Below, piece by piece: positions 5,705 to 6,148 of a stretch of DNA of 6,148 bases; the first letter of the stretch is position 1; every line of letters starts with the position of its first letter. Location: assembly GCF_006345805.1 (NCBI RefSeq), contig NW_021829409.1, positions 1-6,148 on the forward strand, in the 5' to 3' direction. Origin of the DNA: Octopus sinensis (lineage: Eukaryota). The position numbers and the translations under genes are program-made. The notes under the pieces were generated by a model. That model was given only the letters and a program-made list of their open reading frames with translations, had not been told where the DNA came from and searched no databases.

Positions 5705-5898
5705 ATAAAGAAATCGATAGAAGTACCGAACAAAACAACAATAATAAGGACATCAGCGTAAACAACAACAACACAAAAGAAAAACATAGCCCCGCGCCGA
5801 AAAAAACCCGAAAAAAAAAAAGCCGCATAAACAAAAAAAATAAACTAACAAACAAAAGAAAGTGGAGGAATTTTAAAGGGTTTTGCTGTATGCTGTAA
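5705..5898 (+). CDS. Probable terminal coding exon of a host gene encoding an Asn-rich linker, a polybasic tract and C-terminal CCML (lipid-anchored protein)
   Basis: Acceptor TTTTTTTTTGTGTTCTTCAG (AG at 5703-5704). The phase-1 frame reads xKEIDRSTEQNNNNKDISVNNNNTKEKHSPAPKKTRKKKSRINKKNKLTNKRKWRNFKGFCCML* and stays open across several A-runs. It ends in a CaaX/CCaX-like motif exactly at the stop. The gene is not identified. Confidence 0.6.
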
Positions 5899-5998
5899 GA
5901 TCTGACAAATGTCTGAAGTAGTCCTATAGACGTAGATTGAATGTGCTCTAAGAATTCTGGTCACGATCAAAATTGGTAAGAATGAGTATAACTTGATA

Positions 5999-6004
5999 AA
6001 TAAA
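5999..6004 (+). promoter_or_regulatory. Candidate polyadenylation signal AATAAA
   Basis: Lies 100 nt after the stop of the putative last exon; the hexamer is common by chance in AT-rich DNA. Confidence 0.25.
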
Positions 6005-6148
6005 ACATATTCTTAGTTTTATACGGAAGGGTAAAAAGGCGGGAAAGACGGAATGGTGGATGAATGAAGAAACAAGAGAAGCTGTTTTTTTTTTTCCCTT
6101 ACTCTTTTTCATGTTAGGTGTGAGGGTTCGGTCAGGTTTTGGGGGGGG

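Noticed and set aside
4757-5761. YIYI/ERER ORFs, and a CRISPR-like reading of the repeat-spacer pattern
   Set aside because: These are pure dinucleotide microsatellites and a two-unit tandem duplication in eukaryotic DNA; there are no regular repeats with unique spacers and no cas genes.
6121-6148. G-rich end as a G-quadruplex or telomere-like signal
   Set aside because: It is a G8 run cut by the window edge, with no TTAGGG array and too few G3 tracts visible.

Overview
AT-rich, microsatellite-dense eukaryotic (non-prokaryotic) DNA. From my recall of the SINE consensus sequences it is most likely an Octopus genome; no search was run. Most of the window looks intronic and is filled with retroelements. 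These are: the 3' end of an RTE-clade LINE (C-terminal C2H2 finger plus a (TAA)n tail) interrupted by an antisense tandem-dimer tRNA-SINE with a target-site duplication (TSD); two more young full-length copies of that SINE with perfect 18- and 21-bp TSDs; one old copy; and fragments of two other tRNA-SINE families. The best host-gene signal is a probable terminal coding exon (5705-5898, +) behind a good splice acceptor, ending in a polybasic tract plus CCML-stop (a lipid-anchor-type C-terminus), followed by AATAAA. Weaker signals are several decayed hammerhead-like motifs, a possible Penelope GIY-YIG relic, an inverted SINE pair able to form dsRNA, and an unexplained patchwork of short exact repeats around 3757-4347. 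Most ORFs in the supplied track are microsatellite artefacts. I see no convincing intact novel system.
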